Counted from the stretch's first letter, positions 16,474 through 25,562 are shown. The stretch is DNA of 29,173 nt from an uncultured Myxococcaceae bacterium (GCA_964502265.1 CAZCWA010000004.1:1833-31005), one strand, 5' to 3'. The notes: generated from the letters alone by a model not told the origin. Made by a program: numbers and translations.

Positions 16474-17210
16474 GCGCGTCCTTCGAGCACGACGAGGCGC
16501 CGCCCCGCCCGCTGGAGCTTCTGCTCGTCCGGCTCACCAACATCCCGGTCGTGCTGCTCGGGCGGGTGCTCGACGTGCTCCTGCTGGCGTGGCGGCCGGG
16601 GCTGCTGCGCGTCTACTTCGGGCTCTGGCTTCGAGAGCTCAGCCGCACGCCCTACGTCTGGCCGAAGAGGACGTTCGAGAGCGCGCTCCGGGATGCTTCG
16701 CGCGGGCGCCGGCGCAGGGACCTGCTCTACGGCGAGCTCCCGGTCTTCTCCGCGCTCTGGCTGCTTCGTCGCGCCGGGTTGCGGCACGGCGGCGCGCTGT
16801 TGGACATCGGGGCGGGGAGGGGGAGGCCGCTGCTGGCGGCGGCGCTGCTGCGTGCGAGGGCGCGCGGGCTGGAGCTCATGGGCTCGCACGTGGAGGTCGC
16901 TGCGCCTCTGCTCGCGCGTGCGGGCGTGCAACTGGAGCAGGGGGACGCGCTGGAGGCGGAGTTGGGTGCGCCCACCCACGTGCTGCTCAACTGGTGCGCG
17001 TTCGGCGAGGCCACGCGGGCGAGGCTGATGGACAGGCTGGAGCGTCTGCGGCCGGGGACGGTGCTGATCGCGGTGACGGTGCCGCTCGACGAGAGGCGCT
17101 TTCCGCTCGTGCGCCGCCACCGCGCGCTCTTCACCTGGGGCACCGAGCGCGTCTACGTGCACACCACCAGCGCGGGATCGAACACGGTCTCCCGCTCCTC
17201 TCGCGGGTAG
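16470..17210 (+). CDS. Class I SAM-dependent methyltransferase, DOT1-like
   Basis: GTGA overlap with the ClC stop; LYGE, motif I LLDIGAGRGR, post-I GLE, QGDAL, VLLNWCAFG..LRPGTVLIAV. Confidence 0.72.
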   Translation: MSASFEHDEAPPRPLELLLVRLTNIPVVLLGRVLDVLLLAWRPGLLRVYFGLWLRELSRTPYVWPKRTFESALRDASRGRRRRDLLYGELPVFSALWLLRRAGLRHGGALLDIGAGRGRPLLAAALLRARARGLELMGSHVEVAAPLLARAGVQLEQGDALEAELGAPTHVLLNWCAFGEATRARLMDRLERLRPGTVLIAVTVPLDERRFPLVRRHRALFTWGTERVYVHTTSAGSNTVSRSSRG

Positions 17211-17899
17211 CCGCGCGGGTTGCCGACGATTCGGGTGTCGCCGAGGTGGACGTCCACGCGCTCGTGCGTGTGGCCGTGGATCCAGACCTTCGGCCGGCGC
17301 TCGCGGATCAGCTTCTCCTGATCGGAGACGAAGAAGGGGTTGAGCGGCGAGCCCTCGAACTTCGGGTGCACGCATTTCAGGGACGGCATGTGGTGGGTGA
17401 TCACCACGTCGTCCGCGCGCAGCTCTTCATCGAGGAAGCGCAACAGCTCCGCATGCCGCTCGTACACCCACGGCTCGAAGCCCCGGATGGTCTCGAAGTC
17501 CATCAGCCACCGGCTGTACTCGCGCCAGGAGGGATCGTCCGAGCGCTCGAACCACAGCGTGTCCCCGAGCACGCGCTGGCCGTTCAGCTCGAGAACGCGC
17601 CCTGCCCGCAGGACGTCCAACGTGGGGAGCTGCGCCTCCAGCTCCGCGAGCACGCGGTCCGCCTCGGCCGGGGAGCTCCCGTAGTACTCGTGGTTGCCGG
17701 GCACGTAGAGCAGCCGTGGCGCGAGCTGCGCGAAGCGGGAGAGCAGCGCGTGTGCGGCGGTCTCGTCGCTCAGCGAGAGGATGTCCCCGGCGAGCACCAG
17801 CGCGTCGCACTCGGGCGGCTCGAGCGCGTCGAAGAAGGCGCGGCCGCCATCGCGGTGGAACTCGAGGTGAAGATCGCTCATCAGCCACAGGCGCGTCAT
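17153..17899 (-). CDS. Calcineurin-like metallophosphoesterase
   Basis: SDLHLE, LAGDI, VPGNHE, THHMP and HGHTH motifs; ATG at 17899 (MTRLWLMSDLH). Confidence 0.92.
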   Translation of the reverse strand: MTRLWLMSDLHLEFHRDGGRAFFDALEPPECDALVLAGDILSLSDETAAHALLSRFAQLAPRLLYVPGNHEYYGSSPAEADRVLAELEAQLPTLDVLRAGRVLELNGQRVLGDTLWFERSDDPSWREYSRWLMDFETIRGFEPWVYERHAELLRFLDEELRADDVVITHHMPSLKCVHPKFEGSPLNPFFVSDQEKLIRERRPKVWIHGHTHERVDVHLGDTRIVGNPRGYPREERETVFDPALVVCT

Positions 17900-17970
17900 G
17901 CCGTCAGTGTGGCGCATCCGGTGGATATGCGCAGTTGCGCGGTGGCACAGGCGGACGTTTGCTGCCGCGG

Positions 17971-19527
17971 ATGCAGAGCGAAGAAGGACCATCGCAGGGC
18001 GCTGGACACACGCGGTTGCCGCAGGGCGCGGGCGGGGTGCTGGTGTTCTTCTCCTCGGCCGCGGTGCTGGTGCTGGAGATCCTCAGCCTGCGCCTGGTCG
18101 CGCCGTACGCGGGGCTCACGGTGCAGGTCAGCACCGCGGTGATCAGCTCGGCGCTGGTGGCCATCGCGCTCGGCGCGTGGGCGGGAGGGAGGCTGGCGGA
18201 CGTGAGCAACCCGCGCGCGCTGCTCGGGCCGGCGCTGGCGGTGAGCGGGGTCACCACGCTGCTGGTGCTCCCCGCGGTGCGCTGGGCCGGCCACGTGCTG
18301 CAGGGACAGGGCGCCGCCGCGGTGGTCCTGCTGGCGATGCTGGCGGTGATCGTCCCCGCCGCGATGCTCTCCGCCGTCTCGCCCCTGGTGGTGAAGCTCC
18401 AGCTCTCCAACGTGATCCACACCGGGAAGATCGTCGGCCGCTACTCGGCGCTCGGGACCCTGGGCGCGATCGTCGCGAGCTTCCTTACCGGCTTCGTCCT
18501 CGTCGCGATCTTCGCCACCAGCACCCTGCTCACCGCGCTCGGGGTGATCCTCATCCTCTTTGGAGTCGCCACGCACCTGTGGGTGGGGCCGAGGCGCATC
18601 GGCGCGGGCGCGGTGGGCGGGGCCGCGGGCGGCGCGGCGGTGCTCGGGCTGGTCTTCTGGACGCCGCTGCCGCAGGCCTGCCACGAGGAGACGCTCTATA
18701 GCTGCGTCTCGGTGCAGGTGGACCCGGCGAGGCCCTCGGGCCGCTTCCTCATCGTCAACAACGGGATGCAGAGCTACGTGGACCTCGCCGATCCGACGCA
18801 CCTCCGCTTCGAGTACACGAAGGTCTTCGGCGCGGTGCTGCAGGTGGCGCGGGACGGGTTGGACAGGCCGCTGCGCGCGCTGCACGTGGGCGGCGGCGGC
18901 TCGACTGTGCCGCGCTTCGTCCAGGCGATGGACCCCGGCTCCGAGAACACCGTCTACGAGATCGACAGCGGCCTCATCGAGTTGAGCGTGGAGCAGCTCG
19001 GGCTGCAGCTCGGAGGGGGACTGCGCGTGGAGGCGGCGGACGCGCGCATCGCGATGCGGGGGGATCCGGACGGGCAGTACGACGTGGTGGTGGGCGACGC
19101 GTTCGGGAGCGGCACGCCGCCGTGGCACCTGACCACGGTGGAGGCCGCGCGGGAGATCGAGCGGGTGCTCGCGCCGGGCGGGATCTACGCGGTGAACGTG
19201 GTGGACTTCGAGCCCTTCCGCTTCCTCGGCGCCGAGGCGAAGACGCTGCACGAGGTCTTCGCGCACGTGGTCCTCTTCACGCGGCCGGAGGTCATCGCCG
19301 GACGCGAGGGCGGCAACGCGGTGCTCCTCGCTTCGCGGGAGGAGGTCCCGGTGGAGGCGGTGCGGGAGCGCCTGCGCGCGCTGGAGGGGCGGATGATCCC
19401 GGCGCCGGCCCCAAGGCTCGAAGAGTTGATGGAGGGCGTGCCCCTGCTCACCGATGACTTCGCGCCGGTGGACCAGCTCGTGAACCTCCCGACGCAGCGG
19501 ATCCTGGGGACGCGGCCGGGGCTCTAG
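17971..19527 (+). CDS. Fused membrane (MFS-like)/spermidine synthase-like methyltransferase
   Basis: N-terminal multi-TM region (VFFSSAAVLVLEIL..GRLAD..VGRYSALGTLGAIVASFLTGF) then LHVGGGG, EID, ADAR, DVVVGDAF..PWHLTTVE, LTDDFAPVD. Start approximate. Confidence 0.88.
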   Translation: MQSEEGPSQGAGHTRLPQGAGGVLVFFSSAAVLVLEILSLRLVAPYAGLTVQVSTAVISSALVAIALGAWAGGRLADVSNPRALLGPALAVSGVTTLLVLPAVRWAGHVLQGQGAAAVVLLAMLAVIVPAAMLSAVSPLVVKLQLSNVIHTGKIVGRYSALGTLGAIVASFLTGFVLVAIFATSTLLTALGVILILFGVATHLWVGPRRIGAGAVGGAAGGAAVLGLVFWTPLPQACHEETLYSCVSVQVDPARPSGRFLIVNNGMQSYVDLADPTHLRFEYTKVFGAVLQVARDGLDRPLRALHVGGGGSTVPRFVQAMDPGSENTVYEIDSGLIELSVEQLGLQLGGGLRVEAADARIAMRGDPDGQYDVVVGDAFGSGTPPWHLTTVEAAREIERVLAPGGIYAVNVVDFEPFRFLGAEAKTLHEVFAHVVLFTRPEVIAGREGGNAVLLASREEVPVEAVRERLRALEGRMIPAPAPRLEELMEGVPLLTDDFAPVDQLVNLPTQRILGTRPGL

Positions 19528-20300
19528 TCCGCGCGCGCGCAGCCGCCGTCCGGCGACTCCCACAGCGCCACGTCGTCCACGTGCAGCACCGCGCCCGCCG
19601 GCGCCTCCGGCATCCCGATCCGCACCGTCACCTGATCGTCCAGCGCCACCGTGGCCTGCCTGACGTGCAGGCGCTGCCAGGTCCCGTCCATCGGCGCGGT
19701 GAAGCTCTCGTCCCTCGCCCCGCCGGCCCCGGTCGTCGAGCGGATGGTGAGCCTGGCGTTCGTTCCCGCTGCGGCCTGCACGAAGGCCTCGGCACAGAAG
19801 CGCCGCGCGCCCACTTCACTCGCCGGCGGCTGGGAGGGGAACAGGCCCATGAACACGCCGCCGTTCGCGCTGGAGAGCCGCGCGCTGTGAACGCCCTCGA
19901 AAGCGATCGTGTCGTCGGTGGTGAGCGTGGTGCCCGGGCTCGGGATCCAGCCCTCGGTGCCGCACTCGAAGGAGGCGTTGGGCAGGAGGTTGGGCGGGGC
20001 GCCCGCTCCCGGGGGACAGCCGGCGTCCTGCGTGCCTCCGTCGTCTTCGCCCGCGTCCATGCCGTGGCCCGCGTCCGAGTCTTCGCCGGCATCGGTGTCG
20101 GTGCCGCCGTCCGCGCCGGCGTCTTCGTCGAGCGAGCCGCCGTCGAGGCCGGCGTCCTCGTCTACGCCCGCGTCGGTGTGTCCGCCGTCTTCGCCCGCGG
20201 GTGGAGGGGTGGGCGGCGGTGACTCGGGGGTGCAGGCTGCTTGAACGCACAGCACCGTCGTCAGGCCCAGCACTGCCACCGCGAAGGCGAGAGGACGCAC
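19524..20300 (-). CDS. Lipoprotein with acidic DAG/DGG linker and CBM_4_9-like (galactose-binding fold) domain
   Basis: GTG at 20300 overlapping the upstream TAG (TAGTG); lipobox VQAA-C; NLLPNASFECGTEGW..AFEGVHSARL..WQRL..VLHVDDVAL. Its stop overlaps the convergent stop (CTAG). Confidence 0.75.
   Translation of the reverse strand: MRPLAFAVAVLGLTTVLCVQAACTPESPPPTPPPAGEDGGHTDAGVDEDAGLDGGSLDEDAGADGGTDTDAGEDSDAGHGMDAGEDDGGTQDAGCPPGAGAPPNLLPNASFECGTEGWIPSPGTTLTTDDTIAFEGVHSARLSSANGGVFMGLFPSQPPASEVGARRFCAEAFVQAAAGTNARLTIRSTTGAGGARDESFTAPMDGTWQRLHVRQATVALDDQVTVRIGMPEAPAGAVLHVDDVALWESPDGGCARAD
20019..20192 (-). repeat. Low-complexity DAG/DGG linker (7 DAG, 4 DGG)
   Basis: EDGGHTDAGVDEDAGLDGGSLDEDAGADGGTDTDAGEDSDAGHGMDAGEDDGGTQDAG. 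Confidence 0.85.
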
Positions 20301-20542
20301 TACTCCTTCGCCTTCAGCTTGGACTCGTTGTCGCGGATGAAGCCGCGGATGTCCTCGGCCATGTCGAGCAGCCGCGCCCACTGCTCCTTGTAGAGCGTCA
20401 CCGGGAAGCGCCCGAGCCCGTAGATGGACACGCCGCCCTTCTCGCTCACCTTCATCGACACGCCCTTCGACGTCCGGTTCTTGAGGTTCTCGTTCTCGGC
20501 GCGCAGGCGCTCGAGCTCCGCCTTCATCTCTTCTTCGTTCAT
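20300..20542 (-). CDS. 80-aa hypothetical protein (N-terminal coiled coil + KVSEKGGVSIYGLGRFPVTLYKEQW core)
   Basis: AGGAG SD 5 nt before ATG; K/E-rich real-protein composition unlike the Arg/Pro-rich shadow ORFs. Confidence 0.88.
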   Translation of the reverse strand: MNEEEMKAELERLRAENENLKNRTSKGVSMKVSEKGGVSIYGLGRFPVTLYKEQWARLLDMAEDIRGFIRDNESKLKAKE

Positions 20543-20602
20543 CGCTGCTCCTGAGTTGATGTCCGCGGCGACGCTCTCACAGCGCCGAGGGAAGGGCGCC
20601 GC

Positions 20603-21145
20603 TCATCGCGGGTTCCGTCGCGTCGCGAACGGGCCCGGGCGGATCTGGGTGCACTCGGGATCGGCCTCTTCCTCGACCATCTCGCAGATGCGCTCGTCCG
20701 CCTTGCGCAGCCGCCGCACCAGCTCGCGAGAGAGGTTCTGCAGCACCATCACGTAGCCGGGAAGGTCGTCCAGGTAGAGCTGGTAGAGGCCCTTGTTGCT
20801 CAGCGCGTAGAGCTGCGCGTCCTTCTGCACCACCACGCTCGCCGAACGCGGCTGCGGATCGATGAGCGACATCTCGCCGAAGAACTCGCCCGGCCCGAGG
20901 CGCGCCAGCTTCACCTTCTGACCGGACGGCGTCTCGCGCCAGACCAGCGCCTCGCCGGTGCGCAGGATGTACATCGCGCGGCCGTTCTCGCCCTCGACGC
21001 AGACCTCCTTGCCCGCAGGCAGGTGCAGCTCCTCGAGCAGCGGCGCGAGCCTCCCGAGCGTTCCTTCCGAGAGGCCGCCGAAGATGGGGATGCTCGAGAG
21101 GAAGGCCTCGAGCGTCGTCGCGTTGAGCAGGGATGAGGCCGACAT
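20603..21145 (-). CDS. Stand-alone cyclic-nucleotide-binding domain protein (no HTH)
   Basis: IPIFGGLS..EVCVEGENGRAMYILRTG..GPGEFFGEMSLIDPQPRSASV; ATG at 21145. Confidence 0.9.
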   Translation of the reverse strand: MSASSLLNATTLEAFLSSIPIFGGLSEGTLGRLAPLLEELHLPAGKEVCVEGENGRAMYILRTGEALVWRETPSGQKVKLARLGPGEFFGEMSLIDPQPRSASVVVQKDAQLYALSNKGLYQLYLDDLPGYVMVLQNLSRELVRRLRKADERICEMVEEEADPECTQIRPGPFATRRNPR

Positions 21146-21189
21146 GCGGGTGGAGCAGAGCACGGCCGGGGCGGGGCGCCAATTCGGGG

Positions 21190-22308
21190 TCAGGGGTTCG
21201 TGCCGGTGACCTGGAGGCGTCCGTCGAGCGAGACCTCCACGTAGCCGATCCCTCCGCGGTCCCATTCGCGCCGCGCGTAGCGGACGTCGTAGAGCCGCAC
21301 GAGGTGCCCGTCGTCCGACGAATCCACCAGCGCGGAGGGGTAGCGCATCCAGTTGCGGAAGCCGCGGATGCCTTCGGCCTCGAGCGCCGCCTTCACCACC
21401 GGATCCCACTCCGCCAGCCGCGGCATCGCGGAGAGCCAGGGGACGACGCCGGTGTCGCCGAAGAGCCAGCCGACGAGCACGAACTCGTAGCGATCGGGGA
21501 GGACGATGATCACGTCGCGCTTGAAGGGGTTGGCCGCGAGCGGGTTGGCCATCGTCTCTTCCACGGTGAGGCCCTGCGCCACCGCCCACTCGCGCGCCTG
21601 GCGCTCGGCGAGCCGGCCTGCGCTCCACATCCCGGCCACGTAGGCGGCGAGCGTGACCAGCGCCACGCGGGCCAACGTGGAGACCTCGGACCTCGGGCCG
21701 GTGCGGACCCGCTGGGCGACGATGAGCGCGACCGAGACGAACCACACCAGCGCGGCGCCCCAGGGAACGAGCCCGCTGAAGAGCACGAGGCCGGAGGCGG
21801 CGAGCGCGAGCAGCGACCAGCCGGCGATGCTGCCCTTCACCTGCGAGTGCGCGAGCACCACCGCGCAGCCGGCCAGAAGCCACATCCACGGGTCCATGAT
21901 GAAGAGCGTGTCGCCGTAGAACCAGCGGCCGCTGAAGGGGTGGAGCACGCGGACGCCGTAGGTGTTGAGCCAGTCGAGGAAGGGATGGCTGAGCACGCCC
22001 ACGTAGGAGAGCGCGACCAGCACGCCGAAGCGGATGGGGGGACGGTCGGGGTTGCGTTTGCGCAGCCACGCGTCGAACGCGTACATCAGCCCGGCCAGCA
22101 GCCACGGCATCACCGCCAGCGAGATGACCCCGTGGGTGAAGCCCCGGCGCAGAAGCAGCGAGGTGTCCGAGCCCGCGAACGTCATCACCGCGTCCACGTC
22201 GGGCAGGTTGACACCGGCGATGAGCGTGGCGGTCGCCATCGCGGACTTCTTCTTCAGGCCGGTCTCGGCGAGCGCGGCGCCGACCAGGGTGTGTGCGAGC
22301 GGATCCAT
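21190..22308 (-). CDS. YdjM-like membrane-bound metal-dependent hydrolase
   Basis: MDPLAHTLVG, NLPDVD, RRGFTHG, SHPFLDWLNTYGVRVLHPFS, GDTLFIMDPW. Confidence 0.9.
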   Translation of the reverse strand: MDPLAHTLVGAALAETGLKKKSAMATATLIAGVNLPDVDAVMTFAGSDTSLLLRRGFTHGVISLAVMPWLLAGLMYAFDAWLRKRNPDRPPIRFGVLVALSYVGVLSHPFLDWLNTYGVRVLHPFSGRWFYGDTLFIMDPWMWLLAGCAVVLAHSQVKGSIAGWSLLALAASGLVLFSGLVPWGAALVWFVSVALIVAQRVRTGPRSEVSTLARVALVTLAAYVAGMWSAGRLAERQAREWAVAQGLTVEETMANPLAANPFKRDVIIVLPDRYEFVLVGWLFGDTGVVPWLSAMPRLAEWDPVVKAALEAEGIRGFRNWMRYPSALVDSSDDGHLVRLYDVRYARREWDRGGIGYVEVSLDGRLQVTGTNP

Positions 22309-22322
22309 GGACGGGCGCGAGA

Positions 22323-23051
22323 CTACCGGGAGGTCGCGGGAGGCGAAGCGCTGAAGCGCCGGCCGATGCAAAGGGCCAGCTCCTCCGCCCACAGCGCGTG
22401 CGCCCTGGCCGAAGGGTGGAAGCCGTCCTCCGCCATGTAGTCGGGCGTGAAGGGCATGCGCAGCGGGACGTGCGCGAGGTCTTCGGACGCTTCGGCGTAA
22501 CGCTCCAGCGCCCGGTCGAACCGCTGCGCGCCGAGGCCCAGGTACCAGCGCAGCGGCTGCGGCAGCGCGGGGAAGTGGTGCATGGGCGGGATGCCGGAGA
22601 GCACGATGAAGCGGGCGCCGGCGTTGTGACGCAGGCGCGTCACCAGGCGTTGGATGTCCGCGAGCCAGGGCCGCAGCGGGCGGGCGGAGGTCACGTCGTT
22701 CAGCCCCACCGAGACCACCGCCACGTCGCAGGAGGGCACGCCGTTCTTCTCCAGATGCCGCAGCGTGCCGGCAGTGGTGGCGCCGGTGCGGGCGACGAGC
22801 GTCCAGGTGACGGTGAACCGCTGCGCGAGGCGTTGGGTCAGTTGGCCGGAGACGGCTTCTGCCTGCGTGCGCGCGCCCACGCCTGCGGCCGCGGAGTCGC
22901 CGAGGAGGAGGAGCGAGAGCGGCGGGCCGCTGCCGAGGGTGCCTGCACGCGGACCTTCGGGCTCGGGGAGCTTCAGCGTGTCGCGGCGCACGCGGCGGCC
23001 CTGCAGCAGGAGCATCGGCGAGAGCGCGCCGGTGAGGAGGGCGTAACCCAT
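22323..23051 (-). CDS. SGNH/GDSL hydrolase family
   Basis: Block I LLGDSAAAGVG, block III GLND, block V DGFHPS. Alternative start at 23063. Confidence 0.9.
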   Translation of the reverse strand: MGYALLTGALSPMLLLQGRRVRRDTLKLPEPEGPRAGTLGSGPPLSLLLLGDSAAAGVGARTQAEAVSGQLTQRLAQRFTVTWTLVARTGATTAGTLRHLEKNGVPSCDVAVVSVGLNDVTSARPLRPWLADIQRLVTRLRHNAGARFIVLSGIPPMHHFPALPQPLRWYLGLGAQRFDRALERYAEASEDLAHVPLRMPFTPDYMAEDGFHPSARAHALWAEELALCIGRRFSASPPATSR

Positions 23052-23160
23052 GTGCACCACCATGCCCGAGGCCGCGCCGCTCTACGACGGCCGGATGGAT
23101 GCCGGGCAGGCACGGTCACGGAGGCGGGAGGCGATAACGCCTGTTAACTTCCGCCGCCTG

Positions 23161-24003
23161 ATGAGCGACGGCTTCAGGCGGTTTCGGGGAACGGATGTGT
23201 ACCTGGTGGACGAGGGCCTGCGCGCGGCGGTCGATTGCGCGTTGGCGCTCGAGCGCCCGCTGCTGGTCAAGGGCGAGCCGGGGACGGGGAAGACGCTGCT
23301 CGCGGAGGCGGTGGCGAAGGACCTCGGGCTGCGGCTGCTCACCTGGCACGTGAAGAGCACCACCCGCGCGCAGGACGGGCTCTACGTCTACGACACCGTG
23401 CAGCGCCTGTACGACTCGCGCTTCGGCGACGGGGACGTGAAGGACATCCGCCGGTACATCAAGCTCGGGCCGCTCGGGGAGGCGTTCGCGTCGAAGGAGC
23501 GGGTGGTGCTGCTCATCGACGAGGTGGACAAGGCGGACATCGAGTTCCCGAACGACCTGCTCCACGAGCTGGACCGGATGCGCTTCCGCATCACCGAGAC
23601 CGGGGACGAGGTCGCCGCCACGCAGCGCCCGGTGGTGATCATCACCTCCAACAACGAGAAGGAGCTGCCGGACGCGTTCCTGCGCCGCTGCGTCTTCCAC
23701 TTCATCACCTTCCCCGACGAGGCCCTGATGCGGCGCATCGTCGAGGTGCACCACCCGGGCCTCGACGAGACGCTGGCGAAGCAGGCCATCGACGTCTTCT
23801 ACGAGCTGCGCAACTTCCAGCGCCTGCGCAAGCGGCCCTCCACCAGCGAGCTCATCGACTGGATCGGCGTGCTCGAGGCGGCGGGCGTGAAGTCCCAGGA
23901 CCTCGAGCGCGAGCTGCCGTTCCTCGGGACGCTGCTGAAGAAGGAGCAGGACCTCGTCGCCCTCGCGGACGCGGCGTCCCGGGGACGGCGGCCGCGGGCC
24001 TGA
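23161..24003 (+). CDS. MoxR-family AAA+ ATPase
   Basis: Walker A GEPGTGKT, Walker B LLIDEVDKAD, FPNDLL, TSNNEKELPDAFLRRC. Confidence 0.93.
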   Translation: MSDGFRRFRGTDVYLVDEGLRAAVDCALALERPLLVKGEPGTGKTLLAEAVAKDLGLRLLTWHVKSTTRAQDGLYVYDTVQRLYDSRFGDGDVKDIRRYIKLGPLGEAFASKERVVLLIDEVDKADIEFPNDLLHELDRMRFRITETGDEVAATQRPVVIITSNNEKELPDAFLRRCVFHFITFPDEALMRRIVEVHHPGLDETLAKQAIDVFYELRNFQRLRKRPSTSELIDWIGVLEAAGVKSQDLERELPFLGTLLKKEQDLVALADAASRGRRPRA

Positions 24004-24008
24004 GCGTG

Positions 24009-25199
24009 ATGTTCATCCCCTTTCTCTACGAGCTGCGGCGGCGCAAGGTCCCGGTGGGCACCCACGAGGCGGTGGCGCTGGCGCGCGCGTTGGCGAAGGG
24101 GCTGCACGACGCGTCGCTCGACGGCTTCTACCATGTGGCCCGCGCGCTCCTCGTGCACTCGGAGAACCAGCTCGATGCGTTCGACCAGGCGTTCTCCGTC
24201 CACTTCAAGGGCGCGGAGGACGCAGGGCTGAGGCTCCACGAGGACCTCCTCTCCTGGCTGCGGGACGCGGTTTCGCGGCGGCCGGAGCTGAGCGAGGAGG
24301 AGCGCGCGCTGCTCGAGTCGCTCGACCTGGAGGAGCTGGAGGAGCTCTTCCGCAAGCGCCTCGAGGAGCAGAATGAGCGCCACGACGGCGGCAACAAGTG
24401 GATCGGCACCGGCGGCAGCTCGCCCTTCGGTCACTCGGGCGTGGCGCGTGAGGGCATCCGCGTGGGCGGCGCGGGCGGCAACCGGAGCGCGCTGAGGGTG
24501 GCGGGCGAGCGGCGCTACCAGGGCTATCGCAGCGACCTCGTGCTCGACATCCGCCAGCTCCAGGTGGCGCTGCGCAAGCTCCGGGCGTTCGCGCGTGAGG
24601 GCGGCGAGGAGGAGCTGGACCTCGAGGAGACCATCGCCGAGACCGCGCGCAACGCGGGCGAGCTGGAGGTCGTGACCCGCCCGCCGCGAAGGCCGAACAC
24701 GCGCGTGGTGCTGCTGATGGACGTGGGCGGCTCGATGGACCCGTACGCGCACCTGATGTCGCGGCTGTTCACGGCGGCCAGCAAGGCGACGCACTTCAAG
24801 GACCTGCGCACCTACTACTTCCACAACTGCGTCTACGGGCGCGTCTACCGCTCGGCGAACTTCACCGATCCGGTCAGCGTCCACGAGCTGCTCGCGGACG
24901 TGGGGCCGCACTACAAGCTGATCGTGGTGGGCGACGCGCTGATGGGGCCGTACGAGCTCTTCGAGCGGGGCGGCGCGCTGGGCTGGAGCGATCCGGACGC
25001 GCTCGAGGGCGTGGAGTGGCTGCGCAGGCTCGCCGCGCACTTCGACCGGAACGTCTGGCTCAACCCCGAGCCGCAGCACGGCTGGTACCACCCCACCATC
25101 CGCGCCATCGGCGGGCTCTTCCCCATGTTCCCCCTCACCGTGGAGGGGCTGGGCGAGGCGGTGGCGCACCTCGTCCGCGGCAAGCGGCGCGCGGCGTAG
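24009..25199 (+). CDS. VWA-domain (CoxE-like) partner of the MoxR ATPase
   Basis: HDGGNKWIGTGGSSPFGHSG, MIDAS-like LMDVGGSMD, YYFHNCVY, VGDALMGPYEL, WLNPEP; 5 bp downstream of the ATPase. Confidence 0.9.
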   Translation: MFIPFLYELRRRKVPVGTHEAVALARALAKGLHDASLDGFYHVARALLVHSENQLDAFDQAFSVHFKGAEDAGLRLHEDLLSWLRDAVSRRPELSEEERALLESLDLEELEELFRKRLEEQNERHDGGNKWIGTGGSSPFGHSGVAREGIRVGGAGGNRSALRVAGERRYQGYRSDLVLDIRQLQVALRKLRAFAREGGEEELDLEETIAETARNAGELEVVTRPPRRPNTRVVLLMDVGGSMDPYAHLMSRLFTAASKATHFKDLRTYYFHNCVYGRVYRSANFTDPVSVHELLADVGPHYKLIVVGDALMGPYELFERGGALGWSDPDALEGVEWLRRLAAHFDRNVWLNPEPQHGWYHPTIRAIGGLFPMFPLTVEGLGEAVAHLVRGKRRAA

Positions 25200-25217
25200 G
25201 CGGTTCGGGAGGCGCCG

Positions 25218-25562
25218 CTATCCCGGCGGCCAGTGCAGCTCGCGTCCGGCCAGCACGTGCAGGTGGATGTGGAACACCGTCTGCCCCGCGTTGCGGCCGC
25301 AGTTCATCACCGTCCGGTAGCCGCTCTCGCCGTAGCCGCGCTCCTTCGCGATCTTCGCCGCCACCCGGAAGAGCTGGCCCACGACCTCGCGGTCGTCCGG
25401 GCCGATGTCGTTGATGGTGGGGATGTGCTCGAGCGGGACGACCAGGGCGTGCAGCGGCGCCTGGGGGTTGATGTCCTCGAACGCGAGCGTTTGGTCGTCG
25501 CGGTGGATGACCGTCGCGGGGATGAGACCATCCTTGATCTTGCAGAACAGGCACTCGGACAT
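25218..25562 (-). CDS. hinT: Histidine-triad nucleotide-binding protein (HinT-like)
   Basis: CLFCKI, AFEDINPQAPLHALVVP, GQTVFHIHLHVLAGR. Confidence 0.95.
   Translation of the reverse strand: MSECLFCKIKDGLIPATVIHRDDQTLAFEDINPQAPLHALVVPLEHIPTINDIGPDDREVVGQLFRVAAKIAKERGYGESGYRTVMNCGRNAGQTVFHIHLHVLAGRELHWPPG

Noticed and set aside
8598-21145. Functional link between the cyclase-domain protein and the stand-alone cNMP-binding protein
   Set aside because: About 10 kb apart, on opposite strands, in unrelated units, and the cyclase looks inactive.
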